Of a stretch of DNA of 64,000 nucleotides, positions 23,671 through 36,647 are shown one piece after another. The position numbers and the translations under genes were made by a program. The notes under the pieces are model-generated. The model worked only from the letters and a program-made list of their open reading frames with translations, was not told the DNA's origin and searched no databases. The stretch comes from Mobula hypostoma. Lineage: Eukaryota. Numbering within the stretch: the first letter of the stretch is position 1; every line of letters starts with the position of its first letter. Location: the NCBI RefSeq assembly GCF_963921235.1, contig NC_086107.1, forward strand, positions 105,154,001 through 105,218,000. The letters run 5' to 3'.

Positions 23671-24334
23671 ATAACCATAACTATTTATGAAGGTCTGCAT
23701 GACAGAAGCCTTCTTCATCACCCTGTCTACCTGTGACAGCACTTAATAGAACCATATACTTGTACCCCAGATTTCCTCTACACTACTGTCCAGGGCCCTG
23801 CTGTTCAGTGTGAAAGTCCTACCTAGATTTGATTTTCCAAAATGCAACATCTTCATTTATCTGAGTTGAGCTCCATTTGCTATTCCTCAGCTGATCGAGA
23901 TCCCCCTGTGGGTTTTGATGACCTTTGTCATTGTCCACAATTCCATCTATTTTAGCCTCATCTGTAAACATTCACTGTGCTTTATACATTGTTATTCAGA
24001 TTGTTGATACAGTAGATGAATTTCTATAGTTGATAATAGAAAATTTTCAGGGTATTTCATTGACCTATGATTCAGAGGTGAAGCATATTAACAGGCCCTT
24101 GCAGCCCAATGACCTCATGCTAGCCAGTTATGCGACCAATTAATCTACGAATTTGTATGTCTTTGGAAACCGGAGCAGCTGGAGGAAACCTACACAGTCA
24201 TGGGGAGAACATACGTACTCCCGGCTGGAATTGAACCCAGGTCACTGGCACTATAAAGTGTTACGCTAGCCTCTGCCGCCAGTAAAGATTTCCAGTTCAT
24301 GTTTAATAAATACTCATGGAAGAGAAGGACCCGA

Positions 24335-24416
24335 TGGCAGTGGTGGGATTTGAACCCAGGTCTCCGTGGGGACTAGATCCTTCATCCAGAGCCTTAGACT
24401 GCTTGGCCACACCACG
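24335..24416 (-). pseudogene. tRNA-Leu(AAG) pseudogene
   Basis: Minus strand CGTGGTGTGGCCAAGCAGTCTAAGGCTCTGGATGAAGGATCTAGTCCCCACGGAGACCTGGGTTCAAATCCCACCACTGCCA aligns ungapped (82 nt) to vertebrate tRNA-Leu-AAG as recalled; U33>G, position-1 mismatch, CpG-type decay. Confidence 0.85.
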
Positions 24417-24736
24417 GCATGGCATTCATGCTTTGTGTAAGACATGACAGGTAAGAGAAGGCCAATTCAGGAAGCAAGGTGGCAGGTGCGTCTGGGGGGG
24501 GCGGGGGCAAGCTGGAAGAGGAATATTCTATCTCCTGGACGTCAGTTTTGTGAGCTAATTTGGATCTCAGCACGTGCTACTATTGGATAAGCAAATTTCT
24601 CATAACCATTGGGTCATTTTAATACAGACACTGCATTCAGCAGACATCAATGCACAGGGTGAGTGTGAAGAATTCTTCTGAAATGAGGCCATTTCAGCCG
24701 TTTGTTACCATTCTGCACCTGCTGTGCAATAATGTA

Positions 24737-25208
24737 CACTCCGTGGCCACTTTATGGGATGCATCTGTACGTCAATGCAAACATCTAATCAGCCAAAAAT
24801 GTGACAGCAACTCAATGCATAAAAATGTGCAGTCCTGGTCAAGAGGTTCGGTTGTTCTTCAGCCCAAACATTAGGAATGATTGTTGGTGGTCTGTGGATC
24901 TCCTGGGCTTTTCATGAACAACAGTCTCTAGAGTTTACAGAGAATGGTGAGAAAAACAGAAAACATCCAGTGAGCAGTAATTCCGTGGGCGAAAATGTCT
25001 TGTTAATGGGAGAAGCCAGAGGAAGGTGGGCTGACTGGCTCAAGCTGACAGAAAGGTGATAGTAACTCAAATTACCACGGTTTCAACAGTGGTGTGTGGA
25101 AGAGCATCCCTGAACACTCAACACATTGTGCCTTGAAGTGGATGGGTTACAGAAGCAGAACACCACTCCAGGATCGGCTCCTGTACCTAATAAAGTGGCC
25201 ACTGAGTG
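24737..25208 (+). mobile_element. Internally deleted Tc1/mariner-type DNA transposon
   Basis: TIRs CACTCCGTGGCCACTTTAT / ATAAAGTGGCCACTGAGTG flanked by TA on both sides; internal transposase-like remnants. Confidence 0.85.
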
Positions 25209-25331
25209 TACAAGCTGTGATCCTAATCAACAGATCTACCACAGATTCAATCCCAGTGTCAATATGCTGAATCAAAGATTATTATTTCACTTGCTATCTT
25301 CTCAATTCTCCTTTCTGCAATATTGCAGAGA

Positions 25332-26155
25332 TAACTTCAAGGTTCAGAGGTCGAATTTAATGTCAGAGGAATGTATACAATAAACATCCTGAAATGCTTT
25401 TTCTTCGCAAACATCCATGAAAACAGAGAAGTGCCCCAAAGAATGAATGGGAGTTAAATGTGAGAACCCCAAAATCCCCCCAGCTCCCCCCTCCCGCACG
25501 TAAGTGGAGGCAAGCAACGATCCCCCCTCCCCCCATCAGCAAAAAAAAGCACATCGGTACAGTCACCAGGCCCGTGTGTGCTAAGCAATAGCAAAGACAC
25601 AGACAAAAGTTACCCCAAAGGCTTGGCATTTCATCTGACATTTGACAAACCACAGGTTCTCTCTCTCCTTGGCAAGGGAGAGGGAGGTGTCCCCCATTTT
25701 CACAGCAAGCAGGAGACATAACAACAACCCGCTGGTTTACAATGTTAAAAGTCTGTTTTGTTGCTCTTTTCAAGCTCTGTGTCTAAAGATCGCAAAGACC
25801 TTGAGTCTTCCGGCCCACAGTGAAAGATTTTCTGGCCTCCCCGAAGACACACGAGTCTCCTGCCGTGACATCGACCCTTGATCCACCCATCTCCAGAGCC
25901 CCAAGGTCTGAGGCTTCCGAACACGATTGAGACTCTTAGGCCAAACCCTTGGCATGTCGAATAATGGCCAGTTGTGGAACCCTGAGAACGGGTCCCATTC
26001 CCGCAAAGAACCGAAGCCTGTGTGTTACTCCAGGTCAGGAACAAAACAACCCTGAAAGGGAAAAATAAAGATATTAAAGGTGGAAATAAAGCTGTTTCTG
26101 AAGATGCAAGCAGAGGAGTCGCCGTTGGGCACCATCATCCCTCCTAAGCTTTGCC
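25332..26155 (-). mobile_element. Non-autonomous element with Rex1-type 3' tail
   Basis: 3' end ...GAAGAAAAAGCATTTCAGGATGTTTATTGTATACATTCCTCTGACATTAAA shared with 1040-1120 and 7985-8085; non-coding CpG-containing body. Confidence 0.65.
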
Positions 26156-26289
26156 TTCATTAAAGATCGAGTGAGAAACTGTATTGTCATCACTCTAGAA
26201 CCAAGATTGCTCTAACTTTCCTCAGTTAATTTATCGTAAATAGAAACTTCTGTACTTGCACATTGAGAAGTTGCCCTAAGTTGTTGAAT

Positions 26290-27055
26290 CCTTCATCAAA
26301 GCATAGAGAGAGTGGTTTGTGAACATCTGGAAGACAACTGTTCTCTAAAATCGACTTCTGCCACACAGTATTGTCCCCTGACAATCAAGGTCCACATTGA
26401 GACCTTTGAAATTGTAGATTGCTTCCCATTTCTTGCGAGCCACCTTTCAGCAAAGAGAGACTTCTGTGGCAATATTGACCACCACTTCCCTGCAGCAGCA
26501 CAGCCTTTGGCCAGCTGAAGAAAAGGATATTTTGAAGACCAACTCAGCGCCAAGCTTGTAGTCTACCGAGCAGCAGTGATCTCTGCCTTTTCTATGCTTT
26601 AGAGACAGGGGGAGCTTAAAGTATGGAGAAGGATCACCAGTGATGTCTCTGCAAAATCTTCCAGTCATTGGTAAGTATGGGTGAGATAGTGTTAATGTTC
26701 TCTTCCAGGCTGGCAATCCACATTGAGCCAACATGCATCGCATAGACTCTTGACCTCCAAAACAAGCGCTCTATTGAGGAGATCTCCAGGACAGAGAAGA
26801 TACTTCAAGGGCATTCCCTGTGTCTCCTTGGAAAAATATAATATTTTCATTGATTCTTGGGGAATTCCTGACCATCCAATCGAGATGGAATTGGAGCTTA
26901 TGGGAAGGTGCTATGTGCTTCAGCTCTGTACAATGGGTTTGCTGAGAGGCCAAACATGATTTATTGGAGGATACAGCATCCCAAACATCCATCTGTCCTG
27001 ATCTGTCAAACTCTACTTTTGTAGTTTTTTTTTGCAAAGGACTCTTCGGGCACAC
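26290..27055 (+). mobile_element. Old RTE LINE fragment
   Basis: F.FLASHLS..., AA.AFGQL.KRIF and KLVVYRAAV-like remnants; heavily frameshifted. Confidence 0.65.
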
Positions 27056-28676
27056 AGAAGTTCAAAGTGAATTGATTATCAAAGTACATATATGTCACTA
27101 TATACAACCCCAAGATTCATTTTCTTATGAGAATACTCAATAAATCCAGTAACCATTATAGACTCCATGCAAGACCATACCCAACAAGGCGAACAACCAG
27201 TGTAGAAATGATAACAAACTGTGCAAAGCAAAAAAGAAATAATAATAAACAAATATATATTGAGAACATGAGATGAAGAGTCCTTGAAAGTGAGCCCATA
27301 GAAAATATGTGAACGTGGGGATACATAGTAACTGGTTTTCTGCCCTTTTGCTGTCATTCACATTTTGCATTTATGTGACGTATAGTGTAAAAACTGTCAG
27401 AAAGTTTCATAAAGCTATATTCTTAAACTAAGAGGGAATATTGGGAAGAACGCAAAAGAAGTTGGAGGAACTTGGCAGGAATATGGAGGGAAATGGGCAG
27501 TTAATCTGGGTTGAGACTCTTCACTTATAGACTGATGATGGGGCCAGTGAAGGGTCTCAACCCAAAACATGAGTCCAGATGAAGGGTCTCTTCCAGAATA
27601 TGCAGCCTCTTGTGTCTCCAGAAATGTAAAGAATTTTTTGTGGTGAAGGTACCAACCTTCTATTCACAATCTGGATTATTACAGAATATATTATAGTATA
27701 GCTGAGGAAAAGGTTCTTCATACCATCATGCGTCATGGAAGTGTAGTGGTTAGCGCGATGCTGTTACTGCTCAGGGTTACGGAGTTCGATCCTGACGTCA
27801 TCTATAAGGAGTTTGTACATCTTCCCCATAGAATGCGTGGGTTTCCGCTCACAGTCCAAAGATGTACTGCTTAGTAAGGTAACTCGGTCATTGTAAGTTA
27901 ACCTGTGATTAGGCTACGGTTAAGTGGATGGATTGCTGGGTGGTGGGCTCTAAGGGCCAGAAGGGCATATTCCATACTCTATCTCTAAATAAACAAAATC
28001 AATATGTGTGTTGACCATGATTCCAATCTGCATGCACACAGATCGTATTCTTCTCTTCCCTGCCTAAACGTGTGCTGTCTAAATGCCTTTTAAACGTTAT
28101 TGTTGTATCTCCTTTTACTACCTCCCTGGTAGCACATTCCATATAGCCACCATGGAGGGGAGGTGGGAAATACTTGCCACGCAAATCTTCTTTAGACATT
28201 CTCCTTCCCACCTATATCTGCTCTTGTACTCATTTCCACCCTGACAAAAAGATTGTGAATCTGCCTCTCGTAATGTTACATACTGCAGTCAGTTTGCCTG
28301 TCAGCCTCCTGTGCTCCAGAGAAAACAGTCTAATTCTGCCCACCTCTCCCTGCAGTTAATTTGCTTCAATCCAGGCAGAATCCTTCTGCACCCCTTCCAG
28401 AGTGTTCACATCCTTCCTGTAGTGTGGCTTAACTGAAGTTTTATACAGCTGCAACGGGATTTCCCAACCTTTATAATCAACTTGACTAATTCCAGATTCA
28501 AAATTGTTCGGTGTCATTTCCAGTACAGAAGTGTATAGGAGAACAAAATTTTTACTCTGTTCTGATGCAGCAGAAAAAAAACACTAAGATAGAGAACACA
28601 ATAATAAAAACACAATAAGTTTGAATACATAAAGATAGCTTATATACATAGATTGTATGTCCATAAAGTGACGCAG

Positions 28677-29880
28677 GAATCAGAATCAGCTTTTATATCG
28701 CTGGCATATGTCATGAAATTTATTAACTTTGCGGCAGCAGTACAATGTGGATGATAATAGAAAAATCTGTTAATTACAGTAAATATACAGTAGTTAAATA
28801 AGTAGTGCAAAAACAGAAATTAAAAAGTAGTGAGGTAGTGTTCATGGGTTCAGTGTCCATTCAGAAATCAGATGGCAGAGGGGAAGAAGCTGTTCCTGAA
28901 TTGTTGAGTGTGTACTTTTAGGTTTCTGTATCTCCTTACAGATGGTAACAATGAGAAAAGGGCTTGTCCTGGGTGGTGGGGTCCTTAATGATAGATGTTG
29001 CCTTTTTGAGGCACCACTCCTTGATGATGCTATGGATACTATGGAGGCTAGTACCCATGATGGAGCTGACTAATTTTACAGTTCTCTGCAGCTTACTTAG
29101 ATCCCATGTCCTCCCCCCACACACACACAGAGTGATGCAGCCGGTTAGAATGCTCTCCATGGTACATCTGTAGAAGTTTGCAAATGTCTTCAGTGACGTA
29201 CCGAATCTCCTCAAACTCCGAGTGAAATAGAGCTGCTGTCCTGCCTCCTTTATTACTGCAATGCTATGTTAGGACTAGGTTAGGTCCTCAGAGATAGTAA
29301 CACTCAGGAACTTGAAATTGCTCACTCTCTACCCTTCTGATCCCTCAATGAGGACTGGTGTGTGTTCTTTCTTCTAACTGTTTCTAAAGTCCACAGTCAG
29401 CTCTTTGCTCTTGCAAGGTTGTTGTTGCGACACCACTCAACTAGCTGGTGTCTCTTGCTTCTGCACATCCTCTCATCTCCATCTGATATTTTGCCAACAA
29501 TGGTATCAGCATGGATGGCATTTGAGCTGTGCCTAGCCACACAGTCATGGGTGTAGAGAGAGTAGAGCAGTGAGCTAAGCGCTCATCCCTGAGTGCGCTA
29601 GTGGATTGTCAGCAAGGTGAAGATGTTATTTCCAATCTGCACAGACTATGGTCTTCCGGTTAGGAGGTGAGGATCCAGTTGCAGAGGGAGGTACAAAAGC
29701 CCAGGTTCTGTAGCTTTTCGATCAGGACTGTAGGAATGATGGTGTTAAACGCTGAGCTGTAGTCAGTAAACAGCAACCTGATGTAGGTATTTATATTGTC
29801 CAGGTGATCCAAGGCCGCATGCAGAGCCAGTGAGATCATGTCCGCCGTAGACCTATTGTGGCAATAAGCAAAATGCAGTG
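28677..29880 (-). mobile_element. Rex1/Babar LINE fragment
   Basis: ORF 28936-29214 (NFYRCTMESILTGCIT); GAATCAGAATCAG tail; paralogous to 20279-22135. Confidence 0.9.
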
Positions 29881-30073
29881 CGAGTATCTGTACATAAGGT
29901 GACTCTGACAGGAAATGATAACGTGGTGGTGGGGCAGGGGTGTTGACGGTTGGTTGCTGGGTGCAGGTGTTGATCAGCCTTACTGCTTGGGGGAAGTAAC
30001 TACTTTTGAGTCTAGTGGTCCTGGTGTGGTTGCTACGTAGCCCCCTCCCTAACGGGAGCAGGCATGCTGTATA

Positions 30074-30208
30074 ACTCCTGCCGAAGGATTTCGGCTTGAA
30101 ATTTCAACCGTACCTTTTTCCATAGATGCTGCCCGGCCTGCAGAGTTCCTCCAGCATTTTGTGTGTGTTGCTCAGATTTCCAGCATCTGCAGATTTTCTC
30201 TTGTTTGT
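30074..30208 (+). mobile_element. Penelope-derived short insert, decayed hammerhead
   Basis: CTCCTGCCGAAGGATTTCGGCTTGAAATTTC...CCAGCATCTGCAGATTTTCTCTTGTTT. Confidence 0.8.
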
Positions 30209-30372
30209 GTGTAACTTCTTTACCACCTTATCCTCCTGTGCTGAGTGAACTGTATTTTGCCACATGAACCATGCTCTTTTTGCAAGGTCAGTAATTCATT
30301 GTTTCACTTCACAAGACAGCAGGTGAGACAAACTGTGCTAAGATATACGATTGGTGTACGTTCCTGAGCTGA

Positions 30373-31097
30373 TGTTCAAAATAAAACTTATTACCAAAGT
30401 ACTCACATGTCACCTTGAGATTCATTTTCTTGGAGGCATTTACAGAAAAATAAAGAACACGATAGAATTCATGAAAAACTGTACATAAAGACCAACAACC
30501 AACCAATGTGCAAAAAAAGACCAATTGTTCAAATAAAAACATAAAATAGAGAACGAGTTGTAAAAGTCCTTGAAAGTGAATTTGCAGGTTGTAGAATCAG
30601 TTCAGAGTTGTGGTGAGTGAAGTTATTCACACCAGTTCAGGAGCCTGACAGGTGTAGGGTAATAATTGTTGCTGAACCTGATGGTGTGGGTCTAAGGTTC
30701 CTGTACCTTTTTGTTGATGGAAGGAGCGAGAAAAGTGATGGTGGGCTTCCTTGATGGATGTTGCTTTCGTGTGTCTCTGCTTCTTGTAAATTTACTTGAG
30801 AGTAAGGCTTTGCCTGTGACGGACTTGGTTTTATCCACCACTTCCTGTAGATGTTTCCATTCCTCCGCATTGACGCTTTCATATCAGGCTGTGATTGGAT
30901 AGGATACTCTGTACTGTGCATCTACAGAAGTTTGTGAGTGTTTTTGGTGACATACTGAATATATGCAAACTTTTTAAAAAGTAGAGGTGTCACGCCTTCT
31001 TTCTGATGACACTTAAGTGCTGGTCCAAAGACAGTTCCTCTGATATGATAACACCAAGAAATTTAAAGCTACTGATCTTCTCCACTTCAGATACTCT
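30373..31097 (-). mobile_element. Rex1/Babar LINE 3' fragment
   Basis: SLLPS.KRYRNL-like ORF end and 3' UTR shared with other copies. Confidence 0.75.
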
Positions 31098-31119
31098 ACA
31101 TGAACCTCATGCTGTATAA

Positions 31120-31211
31120 CACCTACAAAATGCTGGAGAAACTCAGCAGATCAGACAGCATCCATGGAGAGGAATAAAGAGCCGACATTTCGGGCTGAGA
31201 CCCTTCGTCAG
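31120..31211 (-). mobile_element. Penelope-derived short insert beginning at the hammerhead CUGA
   Basis: Minus strand CTGACGA-A-GGG-TCTCAG-CCC-GAAA-TG-TC; core intact, 5' arm of stem I missing. Confidence 0.8.
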
Positions 31212-32324
31212 CCATGAAGAACTATGACTAGATTCAGGCATAGTTGCATTAGATTGGAAATAGCAAGTGTAAATCCTTTTCAAAAAGACAAGGTAGGAAA
31301 CTAGAGGCTGGTTAGTTCAACGTCTCTCATATGGAATCTTAGAACCAATTATTTATTAATTTATTCAGCTACATGAGCCGTGCTGCCCAGAAATCCACAC
31401 ATTTAACATTAGCCTAATCAAGGACAATTTACAATGACCATCTTTAGACTGTGGGAAGAAACTGGAGGAAACCCACATGGTCACGGGGAGAACGTACAGA
31501 CTCCCTATGGACTGTGCTGGAATTGAACTCCGAACTCCGAACTCCAACACTGTTGCAGAAGGGAATTTACAAAAAAAAATAAAGATGATCAGGTAAAGTC
31601 AACATGGTTTTGTGAAGGAAAATCATGTTTGACCAATTAATCGGAGTTAGTTGAAGAAGTAATGTGCTATCTTTAAAGGGAAATTAGTGGGTATACTTTA
31701 CTCAATAAGGCATTCAATGAGGTACTGTATCAAAGATTATGGTAGATAATAAATTCTCATGGTTTGTGAGCGAACACTGGCATGGATGAAGGATTAGATA
31801 GCTAAGGAAAGAGATTAGATAAAATGCGCAATTTCCTTTCTGGTTGTCAGTAAGGTTAAGATTGTGATCCACATTGGAAATAACAATAGGTAAAATAGGG
31901 ATGGTCCTGCACCATGAATTTAGGGATGTTTGGTTCACAGGTTAAAGAGTAGGATCTCTACGGTTGAGATTCTCTCTGGTCTATTTCTGGTGCCATATGC
32001 TAGTGAGTATAGGAGTAGCATATCAGGTCAAATAAATGTGTGATTGAAGGGAAGGCTTTAGATCTCCAGATCACTGGAACCATTACTGGGAAAAATGGGA
32101 TCACTGCACCTGACCAGAACAATGATTCTCTTTTTCTTTATTTCCCAAGGAGATTTAATTGTCACTTAATCAATTATAATTAAAATAATCAAAAATTGTA
32201 TTTAAAAAGGGTGACTTTAAAATACAAAAAGGAGTCCAAGTTCATTTTGTATTCTAATTACTCTCTACCGTTTTAACACCAAAGACAATAGTTGGCTTAC
32301 TATGCAGCATCATGTATTTATTTA

Positions 32325-32586
32325 TTTATTGATTGATTGATCGTGAGACAGGCCCTTTCGGCCCTTTGAGCTGTGCTATCTAACCCTAGCCTAATCACAG
32401 GACAATTTAAAATTACCAATTAACCTGCCAACTGTTAAGTCTTTGGACTGTGGGAGGAAACCGGAGCACCCGGAGGAAACCCATGCTGTTGCAGGGAGAA
32501 TATACAAACTTCTTAGAGGACAGTGGTGGGAATTGAACCCCGGTCGTCTATTTTGTAAAGCATTGTGCTAACCACTACGCTACCAT
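32325..32586 (-). mobile_element. tRNA-derived V-SINE/HE1-like SINE (representative copy)
   Basis: A/B boxes TAGCGTAGTGGTTAG and GGTTCAATTCC, V-domain GGGTTTCCTCCGGGTGCTCCGGTTTCCTCCCACA, CR1-like tail. Similar copies near 24080-24280, 27730-27995, 31350-31550, 32900-33345, 38860-39050, 42255-42590, 50190-50410, 57905-58200 and 58425-58715. Confidence 0.85.
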
Positions 32587-33849
32587 AGTTTATTAATAAA
32601 CTGTGAACATGAATTGGCACCTTGTAAGATGTTCCAAAGCTTCAGTTACTTTTGAAGTATAGTCACTCATATCACTGAACAGTTTTCAGAAGCAACTCTA
32701 AAATAAATGACCACTTATTTTGATGCGGTTAAATGCGGTGCTGGACAGGACATCAGGTAAATTCTGTGTATCTTTAACTAGCTTTGTGAGGTCATTTACT
32801 TCGCCTTTAATCATTGATCAGCTCCATTTGGTCTCCATTCTAAATTTGATCAGCTTTACGGCTTTGAAAAAAAAATCAGTGAAGGTTACTGTGTAATTTC
32901 TTATGGAATTTTGCCCATTAGGTCCATGCCAACTTGGAGCAATGCCATAAATCTCATCGTCTACAACCCTGTTCCTTTAAATAGCTTTCCTTTATACCCA
33001 TATGTGACAGTTAACTTAGCAACCAGAATGTCTTTGGGAAGTTGGAGGAAATTAGAGCTCTTGGGGAAATCCAGGCAGTTACAGGGAGAATGTGCAAACT
33101 CTTCACATATAGCATCCAGGAGAGCAGGGGGAAGTACCTGCCTTATCACTGTGTTGCAATTAAGCCCTAGAATATTTTTTAATATATTTATTGCGGCATG
33201 GTGTGGAATTGGGCCTTCGAGCCACACCACCCAGCAATCCCCCAATTTAATCCTAGCCTAGTCACAGGACAATTTGCATTGACCAATTAACCTACCAACT
33301 ATGTATCTTTGAACTGTGGGAGGAAACCGGCATGGTCACAGGGTGAATATTATGTATTTCCTTAATCATTCATTGCTGGTATTTATGTGGTAAATGTTAC
33401 AGAATTCTCGGTAGTTTTAGGGATTGGCTCAAATCCAGTAAAAAAATATTCTGTTTGTCCAAAACTAAGTATTAAGATCTTTACAGCCTAAACAAGAGAT
33501 TTTTTGTTTGCATTTGTTTGTTTGTTAGATGGAAAGCAGCAGGACATAAGGATCACAGTTCTCACCTTCAACCTGATTTCACCCCTAATCACTTGGAACC
33601 TCTGTTACCTACATCACCCAGGTCCAGCCCCTGTGACTAGGACTTTGGGATTTCAGTAATGATGGGGGAAATGGAGAGATGTGGCTCCAACGATTGTTAC
33701 CTGAAACTTGTAAGAGGTGACCAGGCTGAGTAATCAACTTCCACAGAGTTCAAAACTTGGTCCTCTCTCCCACTTTAGTCCTAGGTTTGCATTACTGAAT
33801 CAGCCCAGAACCCCTCTTTACACTGTAAACCCTTGTTAGTTTATTCAAT

Positions 33850-34305
33850 CCTTACGGCATCTGGTCACCCCAGTATAGGTAGACTGTTGAAGCCTTAAGA
33901 GGGTGCAGAAGAGGTTTACCAGAATGCTGCTTGGTTTAGAGGGCATGAGAGGCTGGATAAACTTGGGTTGTTTTCTTTGGAGTGGCAGAGGCTGAGGGGG
34001 GATCTGATAGAGTAGAAAGGGAGTATCTTCTTCCCACGGTCGAAATGTCTAATATCAGAGGGCATGCATTGAAGGTGAGAGGGGGGAGGTAAGGTTCAAA
34101 AGGGATGTGACGGCTAAGTATGGTAGTAGATGCAAATACATTTGAGGATTTTAAGAGGTGTTTAGATAGGCACATGAATATGAGGAAGATGGAAGGACAT
34201 AGACATTGTGTAGGTAGGAGGGATTTTAATTTACTTTTTAACTGGTGTGGCACAATGTTCTGGGCTGAAGGGCCTGTTCCTGTGTCGTACTGTTCTATGT
34301 TCTAT
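33850..34305 (+). mobile_element. CR1 LINE 3' fragment
   Basis: RVQKRFTRML and FKRCLDRHM motifs plus the CR1 3' UTR. Confidence 0.85.
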
Positions 34306-35289
34306 CTGTAAGGACAACAGTGCATTTGATACTCACGGATAGCTATCAATATCAAACTTGCTCTGTTTTCTTGTGAATTCAAAGACTGAATTGTAAGACA
34401 CATACCTTTCTCCTAATTATTTCACATTTTTTCTCATCATGCTTAGTTAACCTTATGAGTATCCGTAAGTGTTCTGCTAATACTGATGTTCTTGCCTACC
34501 TCTTCTCTGTACTGTTTTGTAGCCTTAAGATATTTCCCTCCTTTACATATTGGAAGTTATTTGTGGCCATCTGTTTGCAGTTACTGTCTGTGCCTCCATT
34601 CTTTGTACTTCATCATTGATTTGTGGATGACCTTTATACTTCTGCTGCTTTTTTCCTGCTACATAGTTTGTTTAATTGCATCTAATTAGTTCCATGCCTC
34701 CTTGACCTGCAAAGCTCACATACAGTTGGATTCCATAACTAAAGGCCCCTTGTTACATACCCTCCCTTTGATCAGTTACTTATATAGGTTGCATTGTTTT
34801 CATGCCAACATTTTTTTATTTGTCTAAGCATTCCAAATAACTGATTATGGTTACTGCTGTTATCTTTTTTTGAAATGGGGCAACCTGCAGGTAATGAACA
34901 CTGAGCTGAACTGATCTGAAATATGTCTTTTGATTTTGTGTTTTATATTTTGTGTTTTCGCTTTTTTTCCTGTTGCTGTTTGCATGTGCTAGGGGGAGGG
35001 GAGTTTGATGTTTCTCTTTGAATGGCTTGGCTCCACAGTTCTTTGCTTTGCCACTATCTGTGGAGAAAACAAATTTTAGGATTGTATAGGGCATACATAC
35101 TTTGTTAATAATGTACCCTGAGTCATTTAAGTGAAGTTTGGATAGGTACACGGATAGTAGGTATATGGGGGGCTATGGTTCCAGTGCAGGTTGATGGGAG
35201 AAGGCAGTTTACATTTTTTTGGCATTGGCTAGATGGGCCAAAGGGCTTGTTTATGTGCTGTACTTTCTTATGACTCTGAGTCTAACCTT

Positions 35290-36560
35290 TGAATCACCAA
35301 TATACTAAGTGGTATCATTAATATCTGTGACACAATGCAAAGCTATGGATGAATTTGTACATTGTTGCCTCAGTTCTATAAATCATTCCGCCATGAAGTG
35401 TCCATATGTCCTTTACTTTTGCTCTGGACTTTTTGAGTCCATAATATATTAGATAAATTTTATGCACTTTGTTGAGTCACTTTTGGATTTCAACTAGATG
35501 TTTAGGCAAAGTCTGCAGAAACGTCTCAAAAGGTGTGAAGTATTGATTTACTTCAACTTTGATAGATTCCAAAATGTTAATAACTATGACTAAGCGTGAA
35601 TATCAGTCAGCTTTCTCGTTCCCATTCTTGCTAATCTTGTTTATAGCAGGACATAGCTTTGTTCCATTCAGGTATATAGTTTATGTTGTCGTCGTTCTTT
35701 CCATCATGTGCTACCCTTGTGATGGCAATATTCATTGATTGATCTGATTCAGTGATACAATTAGTAGCTCCCAAATTAACTCGAGACTTCAGCACAGTAT
35801 GGGTAGAATAGAACATGCATGTAATAGTTTAGATTTGTTTTGACTAGGAATTTATTCTTCTCCATGGCAAATGTTATGTAGTGATTTCCAAGTCATACAT
35901 TACCTTGAATTATCCCTATCAGTCGGGTTTCTATCACCCGATAATCTTGTTGATCAGGGTCCGTAATCGGTAGTCCTAACATGAATCTTACTTTCTACTT
36001 ACCTTTATTACACCACACCTTTGCTCTTCTCCTAAGTATAGACTCTTTGATATCATCATTATCTGTAGAGTGGGTATGTTCCATAGTTGAGCTTTCTTAG
36101 CTCAACGCTGCTTAACTGTACTAAATTCTTCTTCACCGTCTCTGTAATCCACTTCCTAAATCCCCACACAACATTCTGCTTTCTCGATCTTTGTTATGAA
36201 AACGGTTTTAGTATATCTTATTGCCTTTAATCAATGAATCTTACCAATGAATTAACAGACTATTGATTTAAATACTATACCCAGCTACTTTGATCATTAC
36301 TTAATCAGTCTGCAATTGTTATTATTATCATTTATCCTAGTATGGATAAGATGGATTCTTGACATCACAGACTTTAACCATTTCCCCTATTGTGTGGAAA
36401 CGTGTATATCATTAATATACAATCACCCCAATATGACAAATTATTAAATATAATTCTTATCTAAGGATGTATATTAGTATTTATCCCTCAGTTTGTAAAC
36501 TGCCCTTGTGTTTGCCTCCATTGATCCTTGTATGTACCTTCAATTTCACTGAGGAGTTAT
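35290..36560 (-). pseudogene. Decayed viral envelope/fusion glycoprotein-like reading frame (endogenous viral element candidate)
   Basis: Manual minus-strand translation gives long coding-like segments ending in a Trp-rich TSWRNDL*N*GNNVQIHP*L followed by hydrophobic CIVSQILMIPLSILVI; see findings. Confidence 0.5.
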
Positions 36561-36647
36561 TTTGATGAGAGCTCTAGATTTATCAAGCCTGTGAAGGAAA
36601 TGGGCTATATAAATCGTACCTTTTGCTAAGTCTTGTTTGTATATCAT

